This document shows, piece after piece, positions 25,816-40,900 of a DNA stretch of 64,000 nucleotides. Source of the stretch: Balanoglossus misakiensis (Eukaryota > Animalia > Hemichordata); NCBI GenBank assembly GCA_040954595.2, contig CM082587.2, positions 340,617 through 404,616 of the forward strand. Reading direction: 5' to 3'. The stretch's first letter is position 1, and each line of letters opens with the position of its first letter. Under the pieces are notes generated by a model. It was not told the origin of the DNA and did no database searches. It was given only the letters and a program-made list of their open reading frames with translations. A program made the position numbers and the translations under genes.

Positions 25816-28800
25816 TCAATTTGCACCTTTGGGTAGTCTGTACACTCCACCAGAAAATATCAACTTTTGTTCCTTGACCTTGCAATCCAGGAAATGTCTC
25901 AATTCTTCTTCACTGCATTCCACGGCAGATGGTCCCTGCATAGCAAACATTTTCAGCATGGAATAGATGCGTTCCAGTGGCAAACTCTCCAAGTTTGTCA
26001 ACATACCAACGATGTAAGACCAGAATACCTGGGAACAAAACAAAAATGTATATTTTAACCCTGCTTGGAAGGAAATGTCTTAATAATGTCATAGGTCATT
26101 TGGAGGTCAAGGTGTAAAGGGCTTTGGTTTGTACTGATAGCACAAGAGGTTTGATATCTTAAAACTATACAATGAATTATCAGAATCTATATTAAATAAG
26201 TTCAGCTTATTTTTTGACAAGATTGAAGAGAATTATTCTCACCAACTAGAAGATAACTCACCTGTAGTTCTTCCTCTCTCTGATCCTGTGCTGATGCCAT
26301 GGCTGATTCTGTTTCTTCATCGCTGTCAATCATCATCACTTCATGATTGCCCCGCCCACCTGGACGCTCTTCAATCAATACAAAAGTGTCTGATGTTTGT
26401 TCCTTGACCACACCTTGACTTTGCCAGTATGCAATCTTACGTCTGAGAGCAGTGCTTGGTACTTGCATCACGCTGCTCAGTTCCTCAATGGTCCAAGTGT
26501 CTACAATAAAGTGTTACAGTTTAAATTTCTACATCATAATTTCTAGTTTTGCCCACAAATTTATTTCAGCAGTAATAAACTTGTGTCTTGTGTACCTCTT
26601 TGTCTCTTTCTTGGATGTACATGTACACACTTGTCTCTTGGAAATGCTCAAATGTATCATTTTCTTGAAAGTGTCCACTTTTTTCTCTCCACCTAATTAT
26701 CTGTATCTTGTGTGCCTTCCCTTTTGCTTGGAAAATCATACCTGTGTCTAGCCAATGCCCACCCTCCCTCAGAAGATATTAAACTTTTCTTGGAAGTAAT
26801 TTTTTCTTGGAAGGTTTTTTTCTTTCTTAGACACACTTACCTTTTTCCTGGAAATGCATGATGATAGTTGCATGGATTGGAGAAACTGAGAGGGAAAGTT
26901 TCCTGTCTTTCAATTCTACATCCAGGGAAACTAATCCAAGATGTGGTTTCCAGTTCAATGTCCTCATTCCTTTCAAAGTCTCATATTCCTTGGTGTATTT
27001 TTCCATGGCATCTTTGATGGACTGTGGCAGTTCAAGTTTTTCTTCTCGGAAAGACGGCCAGAATTGAGCGGACAGGATCATCGAATTCAGGTCCAGGCAC
27101 TGAAAAAGTACAGTTCCATGTATGCAAAGAATCAAGATAAACAACAACAAATCACTCATGTTAACAACATAGAAATAACATCATTAAATGTTTTTGTATG
27201 TCAAGTTTTAGGGTTGTGCAGGAACATGTACGAGACTCAAAATTTACATGAATGGATGACTTACATCTGTTTTTTCATCCTTTTGTTTCTTGTCATCAAG
27301 CTCTCGTATATGAGTGTTGATTCGTTTGGAATCAGCAACATCCTTCAGCATCACTTCACAGTAATGGAGTTGTGATTCACCAAATCGTAGTTTCAGTAGT
27401 TCCAGATAGCGTATCTCACGTGCTGTGTCATAGTTGAAACTGGACAGGATCCTGTCGGCCAGTAGTGTTCTGTACTCATTGACAAATAACTCACGGCTAC
27501 CGTAGATATTGACCAGCATACTTATGATATCAGATGAGCGTCGACTTTTGGATGTTTTTGCTGTGAATACGGTGAGTGAAAGAGGTTTACGGTCTGGCAT
27601 TGAATGGTGTTGAGTTTGTTGACAGCCAACAATCAACAAAAGTAAAGACAGTGCCCAACTCTACATCTGATTTCAATCAGATTGAGCAAATGAAACATAC
27701 CCGGATCAGCATCAATTGGATCTGGTTGCCAGGTTTCTGGATCACTATTCTCTTCATCACTGTAGTAATTCTCGTCCATGAGAAGTGGTTCCCCCTTGGA
27801 GAGTTCATCTGCAAGGTCACTGCTACTGTCGTCGGTCAGACTGGACACAATGCATCGAACAGTGTCATCTCGTGTTCTAAAATGCCAGTAAACATCAAAA
27901 TACCATCAGTATAATCGCATTTCAGATGCAAGTCAGTGATTTTTCACAAGGAATAAAGATGTACATGATGTAGCTGAACAGATCTATTAACGCACGAAAT
28001 CACTATCACTGTCACTTTTGTGTGATTTAATGTAAATATATGCATGCATGCATGGAGGCTTTCTTCAAATCCTAGGAAATATTACCTGAGATATTTCCTG
28101 ACAGGTTCACATACAAGTTCCAATATGACACCAGCTGGGTCCAGAACTCGTAATGCTCTGATAGATGATATGTACTGAGTCAAGATGTCAGCTGTGTTTG
28201 CACCTGTGAAGAGAAAGTTTATCAGTATCAATTTCAAACCACTGTGTGTTGACGCTTTGCTAAGCTTGTATTCAAGATGCACTAAAGATGTGCTGACAAC
28301 ACGCCAGCAGTGTGGTTAAACCAACCTGGATGAAGCAGCCGTGTCTCCAGTGCTGTCTTCAATGATACGACCAGCTGCTGTCTCTGATCAGTCTTCTCCA
28401 GACAACTCTTTAAATCTTTTAATGCTGGCATCGATTCCGGATGCTCGACAATTATATTGAAGAGTTCCTCTATGCGTAGATTGGCGTAAGTCTGGTACAG
28501 GAAATACTGCAGCCTGTCCTTCCATTGCACCAGGGATACCTCTGTAGCTGCACTCACTGTCCTGTCATTAGCTTCACCACGGAAAACTAAGTTCAGCCAA
28601 CCAACAACTTTACTTTGCAGCCACTGTAAGATACATCATGTCAATAAACCTGTGTATCAAATACTGTTTCTGGTAATGGGTGAACTGACACACCTAGCAA
28701 TATAATGAAGACTACAGTTACATGTGTTTTTACCTTTTCCAATGGCTGCAGGCAGGATGACTCAAATTCTCCTTTACAAGTATGTTGGATGTGGTGTTCT

Positions 28801-29931
28801 ATCTTGCTGTGAATGATTGAGGTCACGGCCAAAGCAGATACTCTTTCTAACAGACCAACTTCAGACCTGCATGCAGATGCAAAAGTGCAAATGGTCAGTC
28901 TTGTTGGATCATATCTGTGAAAACATTAGCTCACCTCTTTTCTAATTGATAACTAGATTACATTTTATTTTCATTTTACAAGATGATTCTGGCCTATTAT
29001 TGAGAATCTAATGCATCCCAGTTGAGGGTCATACTTACAATTCTTGATTGATTTGATGGAAATCTCTCAATATTTTGTGACATTCACACTGCTCAGAGTC
29101 CTTGCTGCAACCGGGACATCTTGTTCCTTCCTCCTCCTCTTCCTCTTCCTGATCATCATCATCATCCTCATCACTTTTCTCATCTTTGTGCAACTGATGG
29201 AAAGCCTTAAAAGCCTTTGAATAAAAGTCACTCACTATTTCACAGAAGTTAGTTGGTATTATACTAAAAAGAACTGCTTTGAACAAAGTCTGTACCCTCT
29301 CTGTGAGTGTGTATAATCTAGGCCTTACTTCTGATTCGGTATATTTTTTCAGTTCTTCTAACCGTTCAACACATTTCATGTAAGGAGATAAGTTTCTGTG
29401 CAGTTCATTAATGGCAGTGACAAAGTTATTCACAGAAAATTCTCCATGTAGAGGATCATCAGGAAATCTCTTCCAGAAGTGAGTAGCAATTCTCTGCTGC
29501 AGATCTTGCTGTAGTGTCTCAGTGAACCAGTCTTCAATGATGTAACCCATTCCATGATTCTGTAATGTCTCCAATGCAGGCTGCACATCACATGTTATCT
29601 GCTCACTCTGACAAGTAAGATATGAAACGAATTACCATACTGTCATTGAGCTCACAAGATAAGTTCTGTGTGGAAGGGCAGATGTCCTATGGCTGTGGTG
29701 TGGTGTGGTGTGGCAGCATGCTCATTTCACAGGGGACACCACTACTGCACGCTGCCACATGACCTGTTATGAGCCACGCCCACCTAATTCAGCGGACTGT
29801 CGCGCAATTAGTAATTATTCCTCAAGCTTACAATAAAATGACGAGAAACCCACCTTTGTAGTCCTCGGAGAGAAAGCTGAAGTCAAAACTTCCCAAGCTG
29901 TGTTTAGATCACGTTCGACTGAAACCGCCAT
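25816..29931 (-). CDS. ANAPC2: Anaphase-promoting complex subunit 2 (cullin-like)
   Basis: Approximate exons: 29854-29931, 29039-29607, 28734-28866, 28325-28624, 28085-28203, 27701-27876, 27325-27560, 26841-27099, 26262-26501, 25816-26028. Motifs: LRIEELFNIIVEHPES, RLLHPGANT, SSDIISMLVNIYGSRELFVNEYRTLLADR, ILSAQFWP, FWSYIVGMLTNLESLPLERIYSMLKMF. Confidence 0.97.
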
Positions 29932-30354
29932 TTTACTGTGTGGTCAGTAGAGGGCGCATTGGGATCTACCTAGCTTCTTGATAATATTATTTATCTATTT
30001 TGAGGAGTTAAATAAAAGTAATTCTACTATTGGTGTCTCTGACATATTTGAAGATAAGCGGTTAACTACGTATGTACAAATAAAGCAAGAAATTGTACAA
30101 TATAAACCTTGAACTAATCGAAAAACATTTGTCTATTAAACGTTGACCTAGAGGGTCTTCTTTTGGGGATATCCCAAGCCTCGATTTGGGTATCAGCGTA
30201 CAGTCACACGCTTACCACAGAGAACGGACTGTAAACAAGGCATAGTTGTTGTGTCTCTATCACAACATCCTACCACCAGGGCAAAGAGCGACAGTGTAGT
30301 CCAGACTAGTGATTTCCATTACAGTACTGCACTCGTTCCAGACAATCGACCAAA
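29932..30354. promoter_or_regulatory. Bidirectional promoter region between ANAPC2 and PPIL3
   Basis: Divergent start codons are ~420 bp apart. A YY1-type CCGCCATTTT overlaps the ANAPC2 ATG. Confidence 0.6.
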
Positions 30355-32107
30355 ATGGTAGGTAGTCTAACTCACAGGCACTCAAGACGTGGCTCCGCCA
30401 TACAACCTACTATAAGGTTTGGGGTACCCCGGGTTGTAGATTTCATTCATTCTTGACATAGCTGTGACCATGGTGATAACAATGTAGACTTCATGCACAG
30501 AGTCTTCTGGATTAAGCTACTTTATCCGTTTCTAAGAAGTACAATTATATTTTTTCCTATTCAACAGTCTGTAACTATCCACAGTGATCTTGGAGACATG
30601 AAATTGGAATTGTTCTGCGACCAAGTTCCTAAAACCTGTGAAAACTTCCTGGCATTGTGTGCAAGTGGATACTATGACAACTGCAAATTTCACAGGTGAG
30701 AAATGTGACCCAGAAGTTTGTGGATCTCTACAGGATCACTCAGTGAATGTTTTTGGAACATCCTGTACTGTTAGTATACTCAAAAGATCATGATTGAAGC
30801 TGCATTTGGTGGAAGGGTGTTAAATGTACAGTGAATGTTTGGTCACCCAGGAAAAGTTATATTGTGGTAATCATGCAACCTCTTTTGAATAGTGTTGAAA
30901 CAGTGTGATGGTATTATCTCTCTGGTGACGGGGAAAGCCTTTGGATGCAAGAATGGAGAAATTACTACCGAGTTGGATAAAATTTCTTTTGTTTTTTCCC
31001 CATCATGTTTGAGCAGGAATATCAAGGGATTCATGGTACAGACAGGAGACCCAACAGGAACAGGAAAAGGTGGAGAATGCATCTGGGGTAAAAAATTTGA
31101 AGACGAAATTGTTGATAGCTTAAAGGTAAGAAATTGGAATTCTTTGGTTGCCCAAATGAAAAAGCATACATTTCATTACAATTTTGTGTTAGGTTTACTA
31201 GTACATCAATTTAGAGATGAATTTTATGTATTACATTACCATATCAGTTTTCCGTGACAGTCAATGAAAACGGATTGGATAGGGACTGATATGATTTGAA
31301 GAATGCATTCTGATGATACTTGAGCCATAGGCAAGGGTATTACTAGTATCAATTTTATGGTCATAGAGCACCATTTAATGGCAAGATAAAATTGTGATAG
31401 TGATTGAACATGATGTGTAAATTTTATTGCACAAAATATGTGAATATACATATGAAAAAATGACTGTCCAGAAAGTGGTAGCAATTAACTTGGAATGATG
31501 CCAAAGTATGTTTAATGACAGACATCTGGTGAATTATGATATCCTTTTAGGGCCTGTTTCCTTGGCTACTGGTCTAATGAAACCACTGATGAAGCCAGTA
31601 ATATACATTAGAACTTCTGCAGAATCATGAGATGATAATAATGAGCACAATAGCCTTCAATTAATAAATATCTAACAAGACCTTTTTTTATTATCAATCA
31701 CAGCACAATGTGCGGGGAGTGGTGTCTATGGCAAACAGTGGACCGAACACCAATGGATCTCAGTTTTTCATCACATATGGAAAACAACCACATTTAGATA
31801 TGAAGTATACAATCTTTGGAAAGTAAGTGGTGATGATATGAGGAGAGTATGGCTTGTGTAGACAGAATATTGTCTCTCCTTTGGATGGAAATGGTGACTT
31901 AAATTTTCGTTCACTTGACATTGCCTGTCAGCAGAATTTACATTCAATCTTTTCAATCTGAATTCCAGGGTGATCGATGGACTGGAAACATTGGACGACT
32001 TGGAAAAAGTGCCAGTGAATGAGAAAAACTTCAACCCACTAAATGACATCAAAATAAGAAAAATAACAATACATGCTAACCCTATAGCTGATATAGCAGA
32101 TCAATAA
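30355..32107 (+). CDS. PPIL3: Peptidyl-prolyl cis-trans isomerase-like 3 (cyclophilin)
   Basis: Exons: 30355-30357 (ATG only, then GTAGGT), 30568-30695, 31017-31125, 31704-31822, 31969-32107. Protein: [37 protein letters not shown]...[22 protein letters not shown]...[36 protein letters not shown]...TIHANPIA. Confidence 0.96.
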
Positions 32108-32493
32108 CAATCAAACTACACCTAGATGGATGGAAGATTATGGGAAGATCCATAGTTGTGCTTCACTATGACTGCAGTTGTCCCTTCAGTACAAGATATA
32201 TTTATACATGTACTTTATTGTCTGTTCTTTTTTCAAGTTTGAAATAAAGATCAAAGAGATTTTTTTAATTATGAATTGTGCATTGACTGAACACATTTCC
32301 TCTACATATAGATGTTGTTGCAACACTATAAAATTTTCTCTCAGCACACTCGGGGCCTGATCGACAGCACTTTCAACTGGTGTATCAGAACACCATCAGA
32401 CATATTATCCCTCTCTGTACAAAGTTTCTCTTCAAACAGGGACTGCACCTCATACATCCTTTGTCCACAGAATCGTTGCAAGTCTTGTCAAGT

Positions 32494-35400
32494 TCACGAT
32501 GAACTACCCTTCTTCTGTTTTTTCCAGAACCGCCGGACTTCATCGTGTCCAGATGGACTCACTATCAGTACCCTCTTAGCCGGGTTCTCCCAAATTAGAA
32601 CTCCCAAATCCTGCAAAACGGGGAAAAGAAAGAAATAATTTTGGTTCAGAACAAAAGAGTAAACCACTGTCACATACAATATTGTCCTGAATATTTTTGA
32701 TTCCAGTATCTGTCAGCAAACAGTCATATAAGGTTATAGAATACTTACCCTTGCATAGTCTCGTAGAAGTTCAAAATCATTGTGTGATAAAAACTGGCTG
32801 TACAACACACCTGGAATATAAAACAAAATTTAGATCAAGTGATGCTGTTCAGGACAACCAAAGTAGAACAGTGCTTAGCCTTGGAAAGATGGCTACAGAG
32901 GTGTACAGTTGAGGACAATTAATGGTATATGAAAGGGATGTGAAACTAGCCGGGATGACTGAAGAGGTGTCACAGACATACATACCATCAGTGAACATCA
33001 TTCTGTCTCTTTCTAATTCCCAAAGTCTTACTTGATCGCTCAAAGTTGGTGGTATGATTGGTTTCTGGAGCAATATAGAAAAAACGGACAATTTCACAAC
33101 CATGAAGACAAATTACAGATCATGCATATGTTGAACTATGAACAACAAAAATATGACTGCATTGAAATTGAAATTAATGTTCCTCACTTCAATGTCACTG
33201 CAAACTGTGAAAGCTAGCATGAGACTATTCATAATCTGCACATTTTGCAATATTTAACCAAAGTTCTTACATTTTGCAACATTTGTGGATGTGCATGTGT
33301 TCTCAGATAATGAAGTATTTGTTCTGCAGTTATTCCATTTGACGCAGCCTGAGTGACGCTCTCCCTGGTCAAGATACCCACGGTCAGATTTGGAAAGCTG
33401 TATCAAAAAAGTGTGGGAAACAGACATTACTGAAAGATCAGAAAGATGCTGTGGTTTTAAAGGAGCAAATACATTGCTAAGAGTATTTCTATCATTGGAA
33501 ACAACAGAGCTCTTGTTGGTAGTTATAACTGTCTCCAGAAACAAATGATCACATAGGCTGTGTACTTCTCCTTCTAAAGGCTAAATGGTATTCAGATATA
33601 CTTCGCAACTGTTTGCTACATTTATTTTCTTACCGATAAAGAAGCTCAGAAAATAAACCCAATATTTCAACTTGTAAATCTGAATCTGTGTATGCATAAA
33701 CTCTGTAGTTGGTCTCCACCATAATGAATCCTGGACGATTAGAATCCATAGATACGTCTGACAGACCTACAAAAGAATGGACAACATCAGAGTTTAAAGT
33801 TTAACCCGTTCACCCCAGTTTCTTCTTTAGAGGTCCAACCTTACCATAGAAAACAATAGATTTGGCCTTTACCTATACATGAAACATTCATCTACAAACT
33901 TCAACACTAAAAATTTCATACAACATTACCACCAGTTTATATTCCTTTCACAAATTTTCATTTCAGTCTTTCATCGGTTTTCTTTACATGCATCGTCTGA
34001 TTCAAATCCTAAATCTGTGAAAGATTTATTCCATCATTTAATGTAGAATAAAATTAAACCTTTACACCCACCTGATGCAATGTTTATGGCTATTCTGGTC
34101 GGATAATATCTTTTTGATTTTCTCTGTCAAGAAATAATTGAGATTGTGGCATTTCAAATCATGACAAGCATTTCTGCGATTAGTCACATTACTCATTCAT
34201 TCATAAGAAATGTTGAGACTCCTGTGGCCATCAAACAAACTTGGCAGACTAACTGAATCTTACCTTTCTCTGGTAAACCAATCCCAATTCTCGGAGAACT
34301 TGAAGAAATTGTAACTCGGATTCATTCATGTTTTCTGTGGAATAATCCTAGACAGAAAAAAAAGATGTCACAATAATTTATCACATCATCGTTCTGTTCT
34401 GCACACAAGGTACAGATCTGCTGTTTTCAAGTGTTCACATATACGTTTACAAAGGCTCAGCTCAATTCAGACTCAGATCACCTCTTTCTCATGACCCCAT
34501 CCAGGTTTATAATTCTGGCCTATTCCTGTTCAGAAAAGTGCATCTTCATTGACAACAGCAGAAAACATTTTTCCAATCTCACCTTTCCTAATGTTGAAAA
34601 ACTCAGCTGGAATAAGAAATTCATGGCTTCAACTAAGTCCAGTCCTCTTGTCTGCAAAGGAATTGATCACACTGCAATGAGCGTTGTTGGATGCCCTAAA
34701 GCAACTGTATGCTATGGGGTAAATTTATCAAAATTACCACTGAGGGCGGTATTTCATCTCTCTCTCTCAATATTATGGACTTTGCAGCACAAAAAATGAG
34801 CCAGTGGACAGACTGGCCTTGTTAAGACTTCAATCAATTCATTCATGACTATACTATATCATTATTTACATCCGTATATGACAAAAAATATGCTTCTGAA
34901 GTTAGGCTACGCGTAAAAGAGCTGTTGTCTGCATTGCAATCTGACACAGCTTCTTGCAGAATGCCACATGTCTGCGCTGCGTGCAGTGAATTCCTACCTC
35001 AGCAGACTCCAGGTATTGCAGCATGAAGAACCAGACTTGTGATGGCGTATCCATCAGCAGAAACTGAAAGCCTGCCCTGGAGATGACAGGACTCCCGTCT
35101 TCAGAACTGAGATAACCAATAAGACAAAAATGATGGAAGATTAGCATCAGGGACATCAATGCTCTTATTTGAAAGGAATTTGTTAGAGGAGAATTCACAC
35201 ATACGTGGAGTGTGTAGTTGGGTAGGAACTGAAAGTCATACGTGTTACAAATGTGTGAATAACAGCCTTTACTTACACTTTCATGAGTCCAGAATTTGTA
35301 AGCACCAAGGCAACATGACTACTGACTTTATCAACACCCTTGGACCCAACCAGGAAATGTAACACACACTGAAATATTCAAACATGTTATCAATTAATTA

Positions 35401-36691
35401 ATACATGAAGAGATGAGATTGAGTAATGCAAGGTTTGAGTTTCATTTATAATATGAGAAAGTACCAGTAGCTCCAAAGGTCCAACTTTACTGGATTTAAC
35501 GAAAAGAGTCAATAGAAACTGATGTAGTGTTTATATCCTTGTATACGAGTTCTTCATATAAACTTTAGTGATACCGTACATCAAACCCCAGCCAGTACTT
35601 ACTTCCCACCTCTCCAATGCATATGTATCAAGGAATTGTACATCTCTGGCATGCTTGTCAGGACCAAGGTGACCAGCACTGGCCCAGGCATTTCCACTGA
35701 AAAAGACAAAATATTAGGAATGAGAGTATAACGTGCTGAGAACAGAGTGGAACATGTCACATGTGTACACATTCAAGCTGTCACAAATTTACAACTTACC
35801 CGCCGAGAAGAGCTGTTTTCAGATTGACTCTATAGGTGGGATTAAGAAGCCAGCCTGGTAGGCCACCTGCTATAGGATGGTCATGCCATACTCTCAAGTC
35901 ACTCAATACGTGGGCTGCTTGGATGTGTTCTCTAACAGTAGAAAGAAATTACCTGACATGAATAAACTTTGCGTCAATACACATCATTGATAAGCAACTA
36001 GATTCACACATTATTGGCCAGAATTGTTTGATGAAATACCCAGTGCTTAGCTTAACAATATATTCTACAGTCAATACATGTAATAGACAGTTGCAGATTG
36101 ACTTACTCCTGGTGACCTGAACTGACCCATGAAGCTACGACCGCTTGTGGTACTGGTTGGTCTACAAACAGTATCCTCATCACATACTGCTTGGCAATGG
36201 AAGGTAGTTCCCTGTCAAGACATCAATCAGTTAAGTTAATTGATTAGACCAGTAGCTATGAATGTGGTTAGATAAGAGCCTCAAGTTAGTTTACAACAAC
36301 AGAAATTGATGGTAGCAAACCGTGATGAAGATAACATTCGCTCCTCAGTTAAAACGCCCGACCGAACTTAAAGACTGTAAAGTTTGTAAATGTGGTGGAG
36401 GCCATGTAACGCCGGAAACTAACAGACCTGGGACCAACGAAGGCTGTACCATAGACAGTCTATGGCTGTACGAAGGGGCGGGGCTAAGTCCAGCATGTCT
36501 ACCCAGTTTTATACAGGCGACTGAGGTACTAGGCCAGTAATTACAATAAAAATCCCTCACCTGAACACAGCTAAACATGTTGCAGGATGATTGTACAACC
36601 TATCGAGGACACTTGCCGACAAAGTACGCAAATATCCATGTAAATCTTTACAGTCGAGCTTCCTTCCACCACTACTCATGGGCGTCGCCAT
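32494..36691 (-). CDS. GTF2H4: General transcription factor IIH subunit 4 (p52/Tfb2)
   Basis: About 14 exons, ~36561-36691 through 32494-32610. Motifs: [100 protein letters not shown]. Confidence 0.96.
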
Positions 36692-37926
36692 CTTGAAATT
36701 AAGGCCCTTTATGTCCATGGTAGTTATACCGTGTACATGGACATGTACATGTATGTACATTCAAATCGACGACAATAAAAGAGAGGGGGTGGGGGTGAGG
36801 GTGAGAGAGAGGCGGGGAGGGAGGGAGGGTTTAGATGAAGAAATAATGAAAGAAATGGAACTAAGCTTGGTAGAAACGCCAATTTGTAGATTTTTTTGTT
36901 CGTTCTTGTTTGCCTAGTAGGCCTAGATGGCATTTACTGAGGATTATTTTGCAACGCGTGATTTGAAATCCAACTGAAAATCCTTTGACGTCGCGTTTTT
37001 GTGATTTTTCATATTCGCGTGAATTTCTCGAGAATAATACTGTTAAGTTGGTATTATCCTGCGGCACAATGAGCGACGTTGATGTCGTCATAGAAACGTC
37101 CAATGATCCTTGAAATATGCAAAATGGAAAGTCAACATGTAATATGAGATGTACGTGAACATTGCATAGTAGTGCTTGGAGTTAGTTGGCCTTTTTGTTT
37201 TAAATCTATGATTAAGATGGTTTCTCATAATTGCATTTATATAGTTGTGTTAAAATAGCACCTTTTAACTCTATTGCGCAAACTCTACTCAATTGAGTTC
37301 ACCATGAACTTCTAGTACTAGCGCGCACCTAATACATTGAATGACATGGAATGATAAAAAGGCTGATTAAGCTCTTGCAAACCACTGTATTCTTAATTCA
37401 CTAACTTAAAACAAATTTAAGTGCCTTGTGGGGAGAAAACCAAATCTGAACTACATGTAGTTTGTAGTGTGTCAGTTTTATTTAGACCATCTGCCGGCGT
37501 TTCGGTTCGTCCCGGAAAAGTACCTACTTTTATATTGTTTTATTGTCTATTTATTGAGAGCTCTCGGAACATTTCGTCAGACTTACGACTTCATTTCTTT
37601 TGTCAATTTAAAACAAAATAGACAAAATGAAACGGACATGTTCGAGTAGCTCATTTCTGCATGGGTTGTTAAGCACGCCACCGGAAGATTACATTTCATT
37701 AAGCCGTTACACATCTTTAGTCACGAATTGAAAATATCCATCTCTAAACTGCCAGTTAATTCTTCCATTGGCTGTTCAACAATCCTAACAGAGATACAGA
37801 ACGTGGTCGAGATGTCACGTGGTTTCCCTATCCTGTGACTTGACGTGTCCAACTGCAGTAGGCCTACAGCGAGCGCTGTTTAAAACGCACATTCGATTCA
37901 GGGAAATAAGGGACCTACAACGCAGA

Positions 37927-40900
37927 ATGGTGTGTCAAGTTCTCCTAACTGTCGTAATTTTAACAACGGTTTTTCCCATCCTTTCTGAGACAGTTTGTAC
38001 CGATCCTTCAGAAGGCGATGGCCAACCAGTAAGTACTTTGCACATATGTATTCAGATCTAAATTGTTTGTGAATATGCGTGCAGGTGCTGTATACTAGTG
38101 TAGGCTCTAGGGCAACGACAAAATGTAGTTTTCCTATTCACAAACAACAGTAACTGAATCTTTACACTATAGCAGCTGATACAAAAAGCAACGGCAGCAA
38201 TAACCTCGGACGCTGAAATCAGGAGAAATACGATAGTTTTGATGATTTATTCATTTTTGGACATTTACTAATGATTTTCTCGCTCATTGTTCGCGAGACT
38301 CGTTAATGGCCGTATTAGTGGGTTTGCAATCAAGTAATATAATCAAACTTTGTATGAAATTAGAATAGGTGCAGATTTTAACAAACTGTTAACTGTTGTG
38401 CCGTTTGACACGACGGGCTGTGTGTTGTTTGTGCTGTGTCGCGAATATAAATTGCCTAACCAGCGAAATCTCTCAGGGTCTCGTAGAAAGTGGTCAATTT
38501 AGATTTGCTCAAAGGGATTTCTCTTTACGAGCTTCAGCAACGATGTAATGATAGGATGATTGTAGACTAAAGTTAATTCACCAAATTTTACGTCTAGAAG
38601 TCAAATTTTATATGATAGGGGAACATTTCTTTTCTTATTACCGTGTCTGAGGCAAAATAAGGGTTGCTAATACCATACAACTTTGGGGTAACGGGTTTGA
38701 AATAGGGTAAGTCGACACAGGACAGTCACGCATTTATCTAGGGCTTAGTATGGTGATGGTCTAATCCTCAAGCCCGTAATACCAACGCTGGCTATACTCT
38801 TATTAAAAGTCTGCACTGACATATTTTAAGCCTAATACGGGGCTTTTTTTTACAGCTCGCATAGATCACGGTCACGAGACCGTGAGTTGAAAATGACGTC
38901 TGTGCCTTTGCACAATGACACACATCCTTGTAGGCCTATATAGATTTTGTCAAGAATGGCGTTTTATTGCTTCATGAAGACCTTGGCAGCTGCACTATAT
39001 TTCGGTTTCTTTCGTTAATCATTAAAGTGGCACAGTGCATTTTAACATCATTCGGGTCATTTTTGTGTCATGTTAGAAGTTAAATATCTATTAATTGTAT
39101 TTTACAAAACCTCTATTTACCACACATCCCTCCTGTGTGGTGCTGTAACGCAAGTGATGTGGCAGTAATTTCTGATGCTGTAAACCGTGATATTTTTGCG
39201 TAGGGTTATCTTCGTGTTTCTTTTAATCTAAGCGAACAATTCATGAACATTGTTTAGTTTCACGTGTTTTAACATTTTGATATAAAAAATGTCGGATGGG
39301 GGACAATCTTCATCATGGGCAATTATGTATATTCTGATATAGCTCTGCTGACGAATCTAAAAGTAATTAGGCGTTAGTCTGTAGTGAACGAATCTAGTCT
39401 GAATGCCATAATGGCGTAAATGATCTCCTTGTGACAAACATCCTCAGTAAATGGCCCAGGGAAAAACTAGGATCTTTGATCAAGTCGATCAGCCATTGTG
39501 TCAGTTCTTTTACTCCGATTTCATTGAGGCATTGGTGCATTATTCATTTAAGCCGCAGGATATCACAATTATTGACTCTTTACTTTCACCTTGCGATCGA
39601 GAAAACGAGCCCAATTGCACGCACAGGTGCGTTGATGGTAAAAAGTAAATGGGACGTTATCTCGCCCCTTTGCACAATTGTACACCTGATTAACCAACCT
39701 CCTTCGATAATTTCAAATGTATTGTTAAACTTGTAGAACGATAGAACCTAGAATCTTCACAAAATCTTGCTTTGCTCATTAAAAGATATAAGACTACTTG
39801 GTACGCGCCTGGTATACACTGGACATGCATCATCCTTTCGCAGTAAGGGTTATGAGATTGGGTGTAAGACTCCGACTGATAATGAGTATTTATCAGCAAG
39901 TCCAAGAATCATCGTGTAGTACAAACGGTAAGGTACTCTTGAGGGTGAGCAAAGCCTGCAGCGATGAGTCGGAAAATGTCCGATTTTATCTAATGCGTTC
40001 AAAAGTAGCTTCACCAAGAGATTGTCAGTAAATGCTAACTGTGAAAAAACTCACTGGTTATGGTTTAGAATCCGTGTGCATGTCATAAAAAAACAGTGGC
40101 ATTGTCAAAACATATTCGAAGTAATGTTAACACGAAATATTGTAAGTCTTAATCGTTATGTAAGCGGCAAATGAATTTGAAATGTTTTAACACTGAAAAC
40201 GGAAATTAAAAAACTTTTAATGGATTGAATTAAACTGCCAGAGGATGAATTATTGAAGTACGATTTACCAGCTGGGACAAGATTACAGAGATGATTTTGG
40301 CATTTACACGATCCAGGAATTAATTTCTTGAAAATGCCCATGGCATAAGAATACCACTGAGACCTTCAACGTTTAACAATCTTTGTGATCTACAAGACGG
40401 AAAATGAATAAATGAGTTAGCTATTACTCATATCTCTCGTGAATTGAATCCGTTGCAAACATATAGGACTCGTCAACTTTATCTCTTGACAAAGTGCTTA
40501 ATGTGCGTTTGCAGACCAAAGATAAGTCGACGATAAAGTCACCTCGGGGATAGGTTTTCGGAAAGTCGTCTATACGTTCCTGTTTACATGTATTCCATTT
40601 TACGCAGATTCATTAAAACCTGGAAAGCTTAGTGTAATCGTGTTTATCATCTTGATGGGAAGAAATCAGCATTCTATTTTCCCCGTGGACCTTATACAGA
40701 GATTAGCACTTGTGTTGATTTGGAATTCGGTTAATTTTTGATAACTTTGTATGTATTCAAATCGAAAAGTATTTCAGTTTTATTCTTTTAATGTAGAAGG
40801 TACATAACAAATGCAAAAGTATTCCCTTTTTATAGTAATGTAGAAGGATCACAATTTCAACAAACACGTGCCAAATTAACCTGACTGTGTTATCATGTGT

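Noticed and set aside
33800-33880. TTAACCC...CATAGAAAACAAT fragment resembling a MITE end (similar at ~52560)
   Set aside because: No matching second terminus could be identified; too decayed to call.
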